From NCBI GenBank assembly GCA_963628185.1, contig CAVGEN010000029.1:16088-80087 (forward strand): 64,000 bases of DNA, in the 5' to 3' direction. Every line of letters begins with the position of its first letter. The first letter of the stretch is position 1. Shown piece by piece: positions 10,095-19,459 of the stretch. The notes below the pieces were generated by a model. That model saw only the letters and a program-made list of their open reading frames with translations, did no database searches and had not been told where the DNA came from. The position numbers were made by a program, and so were the translations under genes. The stretch comes from Waltera intestinalis (lineage in GTDB: Bacteria > Bacteroidota > Bacteroidia > Bacteroidales > Bacteroidaceae).

Positions 10095-11897
10095 TTAGTC
10101 TTTGTTACTGCGCTTACGCTCCAAATGGTCGAGGATGACCTTGCGCATACGCATATTCTTAGGAGTAACCTCCACGTATTCATCCTCACGGATGTACTCC
10201 AAGCACTCCTCAAGGCTCATCACTGTTTTAGGGATGACACGAGCCTTGTCGTCGGAACCTGAAGCACGGACATTGGTAAGCTGCTTCGCCTTGGTCACAT
10301 TGATGACAAGGTCGTTGTCGTGAACGTGCTCACCTACTACCTCACCAGCATATACCTCCTCACCCGGGTCGATGAAGAACTTGCCACGGTCTTGCAACTT
10401 GTCGATGGCATAAGCGAAAGCTGTACCCGTCTCCAAGGCTATCATGCTACCGTTACTACGACGGCTAATCTCACCCTTGAACGGCTGATACTCCTTGAAA
10501 CGGTGAGCCATGATAGCCTCGCCCTGGGAAGCAGTCAACACATTGGTACGAAGACCGATGATGCCACGAGAAGGAATGTCGAACTCTATATCCACACGGT
10601 CGCCCATATTCAACATTGAGGTCATATCACCCTTGCGACGAGTTACCATATCAATCATCTTAGAAGCAAACTCCTCTGGTACGTTGATAGTCAACTCCTC
10701 TACCGGCTCGCACTTCACACCATCAATCTCTTTGTAGATAACCTGTGGCTGACCAACCTGAAGCTCATAACCCTCACGACGCATGGTCTCGATGAGCACT
10801 GAGAGGTGGAGCACACCACGGCCGCTCACAATCCACTTATCGGTAGAATCCTCGAAAGGTTGAACACGAAGAGCGAGGTTCTTCTCCAACTCCTTATTCA
10901 AACGTTCCTGGATATGGCGAGAAGTACAGAACTTACCTTCCTTGCCAAAGAAAGGAGAATCATTGATGGTGAAGAGCATACTCATGGTAGGCTCATCGAC
11001 AGCGATAGGTGGAAGTGGCTCAGGGTTCTCGAAGTCGCAGATGGTATCACCAATCTCAAACTTCTCCAAACCGATTACCGCACAGATGTCGCCAGAATCA
11101 ACATGGTCGGCCTTCTTGTGCCCCATACCCTCAAATGTATGAAGTTCCTTAATCTTAGTTCTCTCCTGAGTACCATCACGATGGCAGATGGTGATGTTCA
11201 TACCATCGTTCAAAGTGCCACGGTGTACACGACCTACGGCAATTCGGCCTGTGTAAGAGCTATAATCGAGAGAAGTAATCAAGAGTTGAGGCGTACCCTC
11301 CAACTGCTTAGGAGCAGGGATTACCTCAACTATCTTATCGAGCAAATAGTCGATGTTGTCTGTAGGAGTATTGTAGTCCTCACCCATCCAGCCATTCTTG
11401 GCAGAGCCATAAACTACGGGGAAGTCAAGCTGGTCTTCCGTAGCGTCGAGGTCGCACATGAGGTCGAACACCATCTCATACACTTCCTCAGGACGGCAGT
11501 TAGGCTTATCCACTTTATTAACCACCACGATAGGCTTCAGACCAAGTTGCAAAGCCTTCTGTAATACAAAACGAGTCTGAGGCATAGGACCCTCGAAAGC
11601 ATCGACGAGGAGCAGGCAACCGTCTGCCATGTTGAGCACACGTTCCACCTCGCCGCCGAAATCAGAGTGACCCGGGGTATCCAGAATATTGATTTTAGTA
11701 CCTTTCCAATTAATAGACACATTCTTAGAAAGAATGGTTATACCACGCTCACGCTCCAAGTCGTTGGAATCGAGCACTTCGCCGCTGTTATCCTGGCCGT
11801 CACGGAACAGCTTACCAGCGAGCATCATCTTATCGACCAAGGTAGTTTTACCATGGTCAACATGCGCAATAACTGCAATGTTTCTAATGTCTTGCAT
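10095..11897 (-). CDS. typA: Translational GTPase TypA/BipA
   Basis: [31 protein letters not shown]-terminal TNVRASGSD. Confidence 0.98.
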   Translation of the reverse strand: MQDIRNIAVIAHVDHGKTTLVDKMMLAGKLFRDGQDNSGEVLDSNDLERERGITILSKNVSINWKGTKINILDTPGHSDFGGEVERVLNMADGCLLLVDAFEGPMPQTRFVLQKALQLGLKPIVVVNKVDKPNCRPEEVYEMVFDLMCDLDATEDQLDFPVVYGSAKNGWMGEDYNTPTDNIDYLLDKIVEVIPAPKQLEGTPQLLITSLDYSSYTGRIAVGRVHRGTLNDGMNITICHRDGTQERTKIKELHTFEGMGHKKADHVDSGDICAVIGLEKFEIGDTICDFENPEPLPPIAVDEPTMSMLFTINDSPFFGKEGKFCTSRHIQERLNKELEKNLALRVQPFEDSTDKWIVSGRGVLHLSVLIETMRREGYELQVGQPQVIYKEIDGVKCEPVEELTINVPEEFASKMIDMVTRRKGDMTSMLNMGDRVDIEFDIPSRGIIGLRTNVLTASQGEAIMAHRFKEYQPFKGEISRRSNGSMIALETGTAFAYAIDKLQDRGKFFIDPGEEVYAGEVVGEHVHDNDLVINVTKAKQLTNVRASGSDDKARVIPKTVMSLEECLEYIREDEYVEVTPKNMRMRKVILDHLERKRSNKD

Positions 11898-11932
11898 TTC
11901 GTTTTACCTTAAATACTTTATGAATTTGGGTG

Positions 11933-11990
11933 CAAAATTACAAAAAATATCGGAAAAGTTTGCACGTTTCACGAAAAAGTTGTAACTTTG
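11933..11990. promoter_or_regulatory. Divergent promoters for typA (TAATTTTG, minus, 11933-11940) and rpsO (TAACTTTG, plus, 11983-11990; TTTG at 11959)
   Basis: Two back-to-back TAnnTTTG matches. Confidence 0.8.
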
Positions 11991-12075
11991 CACCGCATTT
12001 TTAGGGAAACCACCGTGAGGAAGGTCTCGGATGCAATCCAAACAAATAATAATTAAACATTTAAGTAACACAGCT

Positions 12076-12345
12076 ATGTATTTAGACAAAGCAAAAAAAG
12101 AAGAGATCTTTAGCAAGTACGGAAAGTCTAACTCTGATACTGGTTCAGCTGAGAGCCAGATAGCATTGTTCTCATACCGTATTGCTCATTTGACGGAACA
12201 TGTAAAGCAGAACCGTAAAGATTATACTACAACACGTTCTTTGACACAGCTTGTAGGAAAGCGTCGTGCATTGCTCGATTACTTGTATGACCGCGACATC
12301 AATCGCTATCGTGCCATCATCAAGGCTCTCGGTCTTCGTAAGTAA
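12076..12345 (+). CDS. rpsO: 30S ribosomal protein S15
   Basis: MYLDKAKKEEIF...DTGSAESQIA...VGKRRALLDYL...LGLRK; start taken at ATG 12076. Confidence 0.98.
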   Translation: MYLDKAKKEEIFSKYGKSNSDTGSAESQIALFSYRIAHLTEHVKQNRKDYTTTRSLTQLVGKRRALLDYLYDRDINRYRAIIKALGLRK

Positions 12346-12373
12346 TCTTGTAGCATTTTGCTTTAAGACATTG

Positions 12374-12410
12374 AATCCCATCATTCCACTTGAGAATGAT
12401 GGGATTTTTT
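12374..12410 (+). terminator. Intrinsic terminator after rpsO
   Basis: 13-bp stem AATCCCATCATTC/GAATGATGGGATT plus T-tract. Confidence 0.85.
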
Positions 12411-12455
12411 ATGTCATCCCCCTGCCTTTTCGGAATATATTCATGTGAGAAGAAA

Positions 12456-12860
12456 TCAGCGTATTTCCTTCAGCGGTACCATGACAAACTCCCTTTCCTC
12501 CATCAAGGGATGGGGAATCACCAAGTCTGGCTCGCTCACCTTCAAGTCATCATACATCAAGATGTCGATGTCGATGATGCGATCATGGTATTCACCGTTT
12601 ACCGACTTCAAGGTTCTGCCCATCTCCATCTCTATCTCTTGCAAAGCCTCCAAAAGTTGGCGAGGGGCAAATGCGGTTTCCACCAACACACAAGCATTGA
12701 CAAAATCGTTGGGAGAAGAGAAACCCCAAGGCTTGGTTTCATAAAGAGCTGACTGGCGCACGACCACGCCAACCAGCTCTTCTATCTTTTCTATCGCCTC
12801 ACGGATGTTACGCTTCCGATTGCCAAGGTTCGTCCCGAGGCTCAAATATACTTTACTCAT
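12456..12860 (-). CDS. folK: 2-amino-4-hydroxy-6-hydroxymethyldihydropteridine diphosphokinase
   Basis: YLSLGTNLG, DRIIDIDIL, IPHPLMEEREFV; start taken at ATG 12860. Confidence 0.95.
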   Translation of the reverse strand: MSKVYLSLGTNLGNRKRNIREAIEKIEELVGVVVRQSALYETKPWGFSSPNDFVNACVLVETAFAPRQLLEALQEIEMEMGRTLKSVNGEYHDRIIDIDILMYDDLKVSEPDLVIPHPLMEEREFVMVPLKEIR

Positions 12861-12861
12861 T

Positions 12862-12922
12862 TTATCCACATATATCCACAGACGCTAACACTTATCAACA
12901 AATATCAACACACTGTGGATAA
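12862..12922. promoter_or_regulatory. Cluster of DnaA boxes
   Basis: TTATCCACA (12862), ATATCCACA (12872), TTATCAACA (12892), ATATCAACA (12902) and inverted TGTGGATAA (12914). Confidence 0.75.
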
Positions 12923-12951
12923 CTTAGTTTAATAATTGACATTCAAGAACT

Positions 12952-14136
12952 TTAGTCGTTCAAAATCAACAAAGAATCACCAAAGCAGCCAAACATATAA
13001 CCATTCTTCACCGCCTTCTTATAGCAGTCATACACCAAGTCGTAACCACCAAAGGCAGCAGTACACATCATGAGCGTTGACTCAGGATGATAGAAGTTGG
13101 CTACCATGCTGTCGGCCAAGCCGAAGTCGTATGGAGGGAAGATAAACTTGTTAGTCCAACCATCAAACTCCTTCAACATCCCGTCAGTGCCTACAGCCGT
13201 CTCTGTAGCCTTAGCCACACTTGTGCCTACCGCACAAACATGATGTCCAGCACACTTAGTGCTATTAACTCGCTCACAGCACTCCTTGCCGATAATCATC
13301 TGCTCAGAGTCCATCTTATGTTTAGTCAAGTCCTCCACCTCAATCTCATGGAAGTTGCCCAAGCCACAATGCAAAGTGATAAAGGCAGAATGAATGCCAC
13401 GAATTTCCATACGCTTCATCAACTCACGCGAGAAGTGAAGTCCTGTCGCAGGAGCCGTCACTGCACCTTCCTTATCAGCAAACACACACTGGAAGTCCTC
13501 CATGTCGTCATCAGTAGCATGATGGTCTTCTCGCTTGTCGATTACATAACGAGGCAATGGAGCCTCGCCAAGAGCGAACAACGAACGTTTGAACACATCG
13601 TGATTGCCATCCTCGTCATAAAGGAAACGAAGCGTACGGCCACGGCTGGTAGTATTATCTATCACCTCAGCTACCATCTCATTGACTTCATCAAAGAAGA
13701 GTTTGTTGCCAATACGGATTTTGCGAGCAGGCTCAACCAACACGTCCCAAAGACGCATCTCGGCATTCAACTCACGAAGCAAGAACACCTCAATCTTGGC
13801 ATCTGTTTTTTCCTTGGTGCCATACAAACGAGCAGGAAATACCTTGGTATCATTGAATACAAAAGTATCCCCCTCATCGAAGAAGTCAACGATGTCCTTG
13901 AACTGCAAGAACACAGGATTACCCTCTGCATCCTTCAGTTCCTTGCCGTCAGCACCTTTCTTATACATCTGGATAGTCTCAGACTTCTTGTGCAAAACCA
14001 TCAAGCGCGACTCGTCACGGCGTGTCACCTCGAAAGTACGTTCCCCACCAGCAGTCTTTACTACTCGCTTAGCCTTATGTGGATAGAGCGCGATTTGTGT
14101 CTCTGGTAACTTAAAATTGAATTGTGATAATTTCAT
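12952..14136 (-). CDS. queA: S-adenosylmethionine:tRNA ribosyltransferase-isomerase
   Basis: FNDTKVFPARL, APATGLHF, AVGTS, NFYHPESTL, FGDSLLI. Confidence 0.93.
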   Translation of the reverse strand: MKLSQFNFKLPETQIALYPHKAKRVVKTAGGERTFEVTRRDESRLMVLHKKSETIQMYKKGADGKELKDAEGNPVFLQFKDIVDFFDEGDTFVFNDTKVFPARLYGTKEKTDAKIEVFLLRELNAEMRLWDVLVEPARKIRIGNKLFFDEVNEMVAEVIDNTTSRGRTLRFLYDEDGNHDVFKRSLFALGEAPLPRYVIDKREDHHATDDDMEDFQCVFADKEGAVTAPATGLHFSRELMKRMEIRGIHSAFITLHCGLGNFHEIEVEDLTKHKMDSEQMIIGKECCERVNSTKCAGHHVCAVGTSVAKATETAVGTDGMLKEFDGWTNKFIFPPYDFGLADSMVANFYHPESTLMMCTAAFGGYDLVYDCYKKAVKNGYMFGCFGDSLLILND

Positions 14137-14181
14137 GTTATATAATACTCCTTTCTATTACAACTTATTAATCATTATATC

Positions 14182-14895
14182 CTAGTACTTATCTTGCGAC
14201 ACCTCCAACTTCTGTGCATCCAGCCACTCTTGGAAATGGTCGAAGCCGATGCAATTCTCAACCGAAAAGCTGCCTGCTTTCGTACGGCGTAGTGCTATCA
14301 GGAACGCACCGCTATGCAAAGCCCTACCAATATCACGTGCCAAAGAACGAATATAAGTACCCTTGCCACATACCACCCTGATAGACGCTTGTTTCTTGGC
14401 ATCGTCGTAATCGGTCAACTCTATCTCATCAACACGCACCGTCTTGGGTTTCAACCGCACTTCCTCTCCAGCCCTACGCAAAGCATAAGCTCGATCACCA
14501 TTCACCTTGACGGCACTGTAGGTAGGAGGTACTTGCTGGATTTCTCCCACAAACAGTTGGAGTGTCGTCTCCACCAATTGGCGATTGATATGTTTCGTGG
14601 GATAAGTATGATTGACACTATGCTCCTTGTCATAGCTGGCAGTCGTTGCACCAAACTGAAGAGTAGCGGTATATTCCTTGGTATGCGTTTGCAACAGTTC
14701 TATCTCCTTGGTTTTCTTACCTGTGCAAAGCACTAGCACCCCCGTAGCCAAAGGGTCGAGGGTACCCGCATGCCCGATTTTCACCTTAAACTTGAGTTTC
14801 TTCGACAACAAGTATCTGACATGAGCCAAAGCCCCGAAGCTAGACATGCGGTAAGGCTTGTCGATGGCTATGATTTCTCCTTTTCTGAAATCCAT
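14182..14895 (-). CDS. truB: tRNA pseudouridine(55) synthase
   Basis: GHAGTLDPLATGVL, CGKGTYIRSLARDIG. Confidence 0.97.
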   Translation of the reverse strand: MDFRKGEIIAIDKPYRMSSFGALAHVRYLLSKKLKFKVKIGHAGTLDPLATGVLVLCTGKKTKEIELLQTHTKEYTATLQFGATTASYDKEHSVNHTYPTKHINRQLVETTLQLFVGEIQQVPPTYSAVKVNGDRAYALRRAGEEVRLKPKTVRVDEIELTDYDDAKKQASIRVVCGKGTYIRSLARDIGRALHSGAFLIALRRTKAGSFSVENCIGFDHFQEWLDAQKLEVSQDKY

Positions 14896-14931
14896 TATAT
14901 TTTAGTATGGGGTTATACGAAGAAAGCTCTC

Positions 14932-15729
14932 CTAGAGCAGGGAGCAGACAATAGTCACGGCGCCGGCAATGGCACAATAAATGCCAAAGTACACCAACTT
15001 GCCTTTCTTCACAATGTTGATCATCCACTTGCAAGCCAGGCAACCCGACACAAAGGCAGCCACGAAACCCACCACCAAAGGCAAGGTGTCAATGCCGCCA
15101 AACGCCTCTTCGCCCTTCAGACCCTTCAACGCATCGAGCAGAGCCTCACCGAGAATGGGAGGAATGACCATGAGAAAGGAGAATTGAGCCATCTTCTCCT
15201 TCTTGTTACCAAGCAAGAGTCCCGTTGCAATAGTGGTACCCGAGCGTGACAGACCGGGCAGCACGGCCAATGCCTGCGACAATCCAATCACAAAAGCATG
15301 CCAAGCACTGATGTCCTCTCGCTGACGCGGTTTGGCGAAATAGGAGAATGTGAGGAGGAGGGCTGTCACAATGAGCATACAGCCCACGACAAGCAGTCCT
15401 GAGCCAAAGATTTCCTCCACCGTGTCCTTGAAGAACACACCTACGATGCCCACAGGAATCATAGAGATGACGATGTTGATGAAATATTTAGTCTCCTCGT
15501 TCATCTTAAACTTGAAGAGTCCCTTCAATATCCAGTCTATTTCCTTCCATAGGACAACCAGGGTACTAAGCACAGTCGCCACGTGCACCAAAACGGTAAA
15601 CGCCAGATTATCCTCACCGTTGATGCCAAAGATGGAAGAACCGATGGCCAGATGGCCACTACTACTCACAGGAAGGTATTCCGTGAGACCCTGCAAGAGC
15701 CCCAATACCAATGCTTCAAACCAATTCAC
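14932..15729 (-). CDS. uppP: Undecaprenyl-diphosphate phosphatase (BacA)
   Basis: [14 protein letters not shown] and PGLSRSGTT motifs; GTG start. Confidence 0.97.
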   Translation of the reverse strand: MNWFEALVLGLLQGLTEYLPVSSSGHLAIGSSIFGINGEDNLAFTVLVHVATVLSTLVVLWKEIDWILKGLFKFKMNEETKYFINIVISMIPVGIVGVFFKDTVEEIFGSGLLVVGCMLIVTALLLTFSYFAKPRQREDISAWHAFVIGLSQALAVLPGLSRSGTTIATGLLLGNKKEKMAQFSFLMVIPPILGEALLDALKGLKGEEAFGGIDTLPLVVGFVAAFVSGCLACKWMINIVKKGKLVYFGIYCAIAGAVTIVCSLL

Positions 15730-15781
15730 TTTCTTACTATTTTATTTTTCGTGTTCTAAGTTTACTTAACAAATGAATTCT

Positions 15782-16024
15782 TTACTCTCCACTTACCTTG
15801 TCTTTTGGTTTGCGAATTACGGCATAGATGATAGAGAGAAAGCCTACGAGTGTGACAGTAGGTCCCACTACGATATGGCGAGTACTAAAGATGTCCGCAT
15901 CAAAAGTATTCTCATCAGAGCTACCACCGCTTATCAATATAAAGCCAAGGATGACAATCGCCATGCCTATAGCCAACATGATAAAGTTAACCTTATCAAA
16001 TGCTAAATTTCTTTTATCCATCAT
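15782..16024 (-). CDS. Small two-TM membrane protein (DUF3098-like)
   Basis: Two TM helices; typical position between ftsX and uppP in Bacteroidetes. Confidence 0.8.
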   Translation of the reverse strand: MMDKRNLAFDKVNFIMLAIGMAIVILGFILISGGSSDENTFDADIFSTRHIVVGPTVTLVGFLSIIYAVIRKPKDKVSGE

Positions 16025-16069
16025 CTTATAATGTTTAATGTGTTTGTTTATGTCTTATGAAGCAAGAGG

Positions 16070-16102
16070 ACTCTTCACTCATCGTCCTTCCCTCTTCACT
16101 TA
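16070..16102 (-). repeat. 33-bp dispersed gene-end repeat, copy 1
   Basis: TAAGTGAAGAGGGAAGGACGATGAGTGAAGAGT, beginning at the ftsX stop; 28/33 identical to the copy at 60999-61031. Confidence 0.75.
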
Positions 16103-16978
16103 TATCTTATACAAGTCGCCAGCCTTCATCTTCAAAAACCTGTTGACAGAGATACTTGCACACAGCGATGTGATAAGTATGCCGAAGAGAAAGACGGCGC
16201 CCCCCGTAATGACCAACTCTTGCCACCCCAAGACGGCAAGCAACTCAGGCTCATGCAAGTACCAGGCATAAATGCAACCTCCCAAGAAAGCATCTGCCAA
16301 AAATGCCGCCAACAAGCCGATAAGTACTGCACGTCGCACAAATGGTGCCCGAATAAATCCCCAAGAGGCTCCCACCAACTTCATTGTATGGATGGAAAAA
16401 CGGCGAGCATAAATACCCAACCGTACCGTATTGTTAATCAACGAAAAGGATATAAAGGTAAGCAGTGCCGCCACGATGAGCAATCCAATGCTTATCTTCG
16501 CCAAGGACTGGTTGACTTGCTCTATCAAGTCATGCTGATAAGAAACTTCCGTAACTCTTGGGTACGCCTTCAACTCTTTAGATATCCATTTCAAGGAATC
16601 ATTGTTGGCATAGTCAGCCTTGGTGGTAATCTCTATGGAAGGTTGGAAAGGATTGACACCTGCAAACTCGCTTGGATTCGTACCCAAATCATGGGTCGCC
16701 TCCTTAAGAGCACGCTCCTTCGAGATATAGTTCAAACCGTTGACGTACGGACGAGCTTTCAAAGCCTTACAAATCTGCAGAGCCTCAGGATTGGTCATAT
16801 CTTGCTCAAGCATCACCGTCACCACGAGGTTCTGCCTGACATACGACGATAGATTCCGTCCCACCAGAACGGAAAAGATAACAAATCCCAACAAGACGAG
16901 CACCATTGCGGTACTTATACATAGAGTCACCATTTGCAATCCACGATGATTGCTAGGCTTATATTGCTTCTTTCTCAT
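16100..16978 (-). CDS. ftsX: Cell division permease FtsX
   Basis: INNTVRLGIYARRFSIHTMKLVGASWGFIRAPF; start taken at ATG 16978; promoter TAACTTTG at 17012-17019 (minus). Confidence 0.93.
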   Translation of the reverse strand: MRKKQYKPSNHRGLQMVTLCISTAMVLVLLGFVIFSVLVGRNLSSYVRQNLVVTVMLEQDMTNPEALQICKALKARPYVNGLNYISKERALKEATHDLGTNPSEFAGVNPFQPSIEITTKADYANNDSLKWISKELKAYPRVTEVSYQHDLIEQVNQSLAKISIGLLIVAALLTFISFSLINNTVRLGIYARRFSIHTMKLVGASWGFIRAPFVRRAVLIGLLAAFLADAFLGGCIYAWYLHEPELLAVLGWQELVITGGAVFLFGILITSLCASISVNRFLKMKAGDLYKI

Positions 16979-17090
16979 TTTACAAAAGGGTATAAAACAC
17001 CAAATTTGCTGCAAAGTTACTTTATTTTCAAGAGATTACAAAATAAAATTGCATTTATTAAGATATAAAATAAGAAAAGACATAAAATAC

Positions 17091-17120
17091 GAAAGAGCCG
17101 ACCTCTCGGCCAGCTCTTTC
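17091..17120 (-). terminator. Terminator after the RND-lpxA-like operon
   Basis: GAAAGAGC/GCTCTTTC stem; T-rich tail on the minus strand. Confidence 0.65.
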
Positions 17121-17208
17121 TCTATACAGAGTAAAATTTAAATAGGTATGACTTCAAATTTTACTGAAAAAATCACTTTTTACAAGGGATTCCAAACACC
17201 CAATAACC

Positions 17209-17991
17209 TTAGAGCTTGGTGATGACACCCTTTTCAGTACTCTCCAAGAAACGGATGATGTTTTGAATCTCCACACCATCTGGCACCTGATCCTTAATCT
17301 GGTTGATGGCATCAAAGAGGGAAGTCTGTCCATGGAACACCAAACGGTATGCGTTGGCCACATGCTTGCGCACCTTCTCGTCGAGATTGGCCGCCTCCAT
17401 AATCACAGTGTTAGGACCTGCATACTTCACCGGCTTGCCACCTGCTATAATATAAGGCGGAATATCCTTAGAGAAGGTGGTTCCTGCCTGAATCATCGCC
17501 AAATCACCTACACGAGTCTTGGCGTTCTCAACGACGGATGTCGAATAGATGACCCCATTGCCGATGATGCAATCACCCGCTATCTTGGTTCCGTAGCCAA
17601 ATACACAAGCATCCCCAATCACGGTGTCGTGGGAGATATGTGCACCCTCCATGAGGAAGTTCTTGTTGCCAAGCTCCGTCTTGCCGCCTTCATAAGTACC
17701 ACGGTTGATGACCACGTTCTCACGGATGGTATTATTATCACCGATAACCACATAACTATTGGCACCCTGGAAATTGAAATCCTGTGGGAGCGCACCTACG
17801 ACTGCGCCCTGGAACACCTTGTTGCCATTGCCCATGCGAGTACCATTCATGATGCTCACAAAAGGATAGATAACGCAGTTGTCACCAATCTCCACATCAT
17901 CCTCGATATAGACGAAAGGGTATATTTTGCAGTTGTCTCCTATTTTTGCCTTAGGAGAGACCTCTGCCTTTGGACTTATTATACTAGCCAT
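17209..17991 (-). CDS. LpxA-like acyl-ACP acyltransferase (divergent paralog)
   Basis: Hexapeptide repeats, PQD, AHISHD, KDIPPY and a C-terminal helical domain; several substrate residues altered. Confidence 0.85.
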   Translation of the reverse strand: MASIISPKAEVSPKAKIGDNCKIYPFVYIEDDVEIGDNCVIYPFVSIMNGTRMGNGNKVFQGAVVGALPQDFNFQGANSYVVIGDNNTIRENVVINRGTYEGGKTELGNKNFLMEGAHISHDTVIGDACVFGYGTKIAGDCIIGNGVIYSTSVVENAKTRVGDLAMIQAGTTFSKDIPPYIIAGGKPVKYAGPNTVIMEAANLDEKVRKHVANAYRLVFHGQTSLFDAINQIKDQVPDGVEIQNIIRFLESTEKGVITKL

Positions 17992-18024
17992 AATAACTAA
18001 ACATTAAACATTAGTAATAAAACA

Positions 18025-19419
18025 TTACTTAGATCCTCCCCCCAATGCAGAGTAGAGATTCACCACCGCCTGCATCTTGTAGAAGTCATCCGCCACCTTG
18101 GAGAGCTGCACATTAAGAAGTGAAGACTGTGCGGAGATTACCTCCAAATAAGAGCCGCCGGCACTTGCCATCAACTTACGGGTGTCCTCCACATTCTGCT
18201 TGAGCACCTCTATCTGCTTGGCCTCCACCTTACTCTTCTCATCGGAAGAGTTGTAGAGCACGAGAGCATTGCTTACCTCGCTGCCAGCCTGGAGTATGGT
18301 ATTCTGCCAAGTATTGTAAGCCTGCTCGTACTGTATCTTGGCAACCTTCAAACCCATGATGAGCTTGCCATTTTGGAAGATAGGCTGCGTCAAGGAACCT
18401 ACAGCTGAAAGCAACCACTTGCCGGGATTCACGATTCCCATGCCGCTGGAGTTGGTGAAAGTACCATTGGCTGCGATATTGAGAGCAGGATAGAAACGAC
18501 TGCGAGCTGTCTCGATGCCATAGAAACACTGAGCCAAGTTCATCTCGGCTGCATGAACGTCAGCACGGTTGTTGAGCAACTGGATGCCTACACCTGTAGA
18601 GAAACTAGCAGGAAGGCTTTGGTTCTCCAACTTGCCACGCGCAATGGTATGAGCCTGTTCGCCGATGAGGAGACTGAGAGAATTTTCGGTCTCACGCACC
18701 TGACGCAGAAGGTCGGTCTTCTGTGTCAACACTGAATAGTAGTTGCTCTCTGCAGCCTGTACTGATGTGGCACGATACCCCATCTTGGCATCCTTGAGTA
18801 CCTTCATGGTCTCCCACGTTTCCTTGGTCAAGCCCTCCATGTCGTTGACAAGTTCCAACTGCTTGTCGAGCATCAACAAGGAATAGTACATATTTGCAAT
18901 ATTGGCAATAAGATTAGTCTGCACAGATACCTGATAGTCTTTCATTTGAAGGAGAGCTGCCTGTGTACTGCGCTTCTGCGACAAGAGATTACCCCAAAGA
19001 TCGACACTCCAACTAGCCGAGATAGGCAAGCTGTAAGTCTTGGTAGCGGCATTACCATCCCATGAGGAGATAGTGCCTTGTGGAGAGAAAGCGAAAGATG
19101 GCAAGAAAGCCAACTTGGCTGCCTTCAACTGTGCCTCTGCCATCTGAACATTCAGGGCGGCGTTGAGCAGGTTGACATTGTTAGCCAATCCTTTCTCTAT
19201 CAAGTTCTGAAGTTGTGGGTCGGTAAACACGCTGCGCCATGGGATATTGGCAAACGTCGTGGTATCGGAGACCGCCAAAGTATCGGTAGTCGTCTTCACG
19301 TCACGTACCAGTCCACTTGTCTTCACGTCAGGACGCTCGTACTTGCCGTATAGCGTCTTGCAGCTGCTCAAAGAGAGCGCTGCGAGACCTAATATAATGA
19401 TATTTATATTTTTTTTCAT
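18025..19419 (-). CDS. RND efflux outer-membrane lipoprotein (TolC/OprM family)
   Basis: Lipobox LSSC, NRADVHAAE, C-terminal LYSALGGG. Confidence 0.95.
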   Translation of the reverse strand: MKKNINIIILGLAALSLSSCKTLYGKYERPDVKTSGLVRDVKTTTDTLAVSDTTTFANIPWRSVFTDPQLQNLIEKGLANNVNLLNAALNVQMAEAQLKAAKLAFLPSFAFSPQGTISSWDGNAATKTYSLPISASWSVDLWGNLLSQKRSTQAALLQMKDYQVSVQTNLIANIANMYYSLLMLDKQLELVNDMEGLTKETWETMKVLKDAKMGYRATSVQAAESNYYSVLTQKTDLLRQVRETENSLSLLIGEQAHTIARGKLENQSLPASFSTGVGIQLLNNRADVHAAEMNLAQCFYGIETARSRFYPALNIAANGTFTNSSGMGIVNPGKWLLSAVGSLTQPIFQNGKLIMGLKVAKIQYEQAYNTWQNTILQAGSEVSNALVLYNSSDEKSKVEAKQIEVLKQNVEDTRKLMASAGGSYLEVISAQSSLLNVQLSKVADDFYKMQAVVNLYSALGGGSK

Positions 19420-19459
19420 TGTCTTCTATTGAAGTTATATAAATGTATTACTTCTCGGA

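Noticed and set aside
12862..12922. Definite oriC call
   Set aside because: The spacer is only 91 bp, dnaA is not in the window and strand bias looks the same on both sides; needs whole-genome skew.
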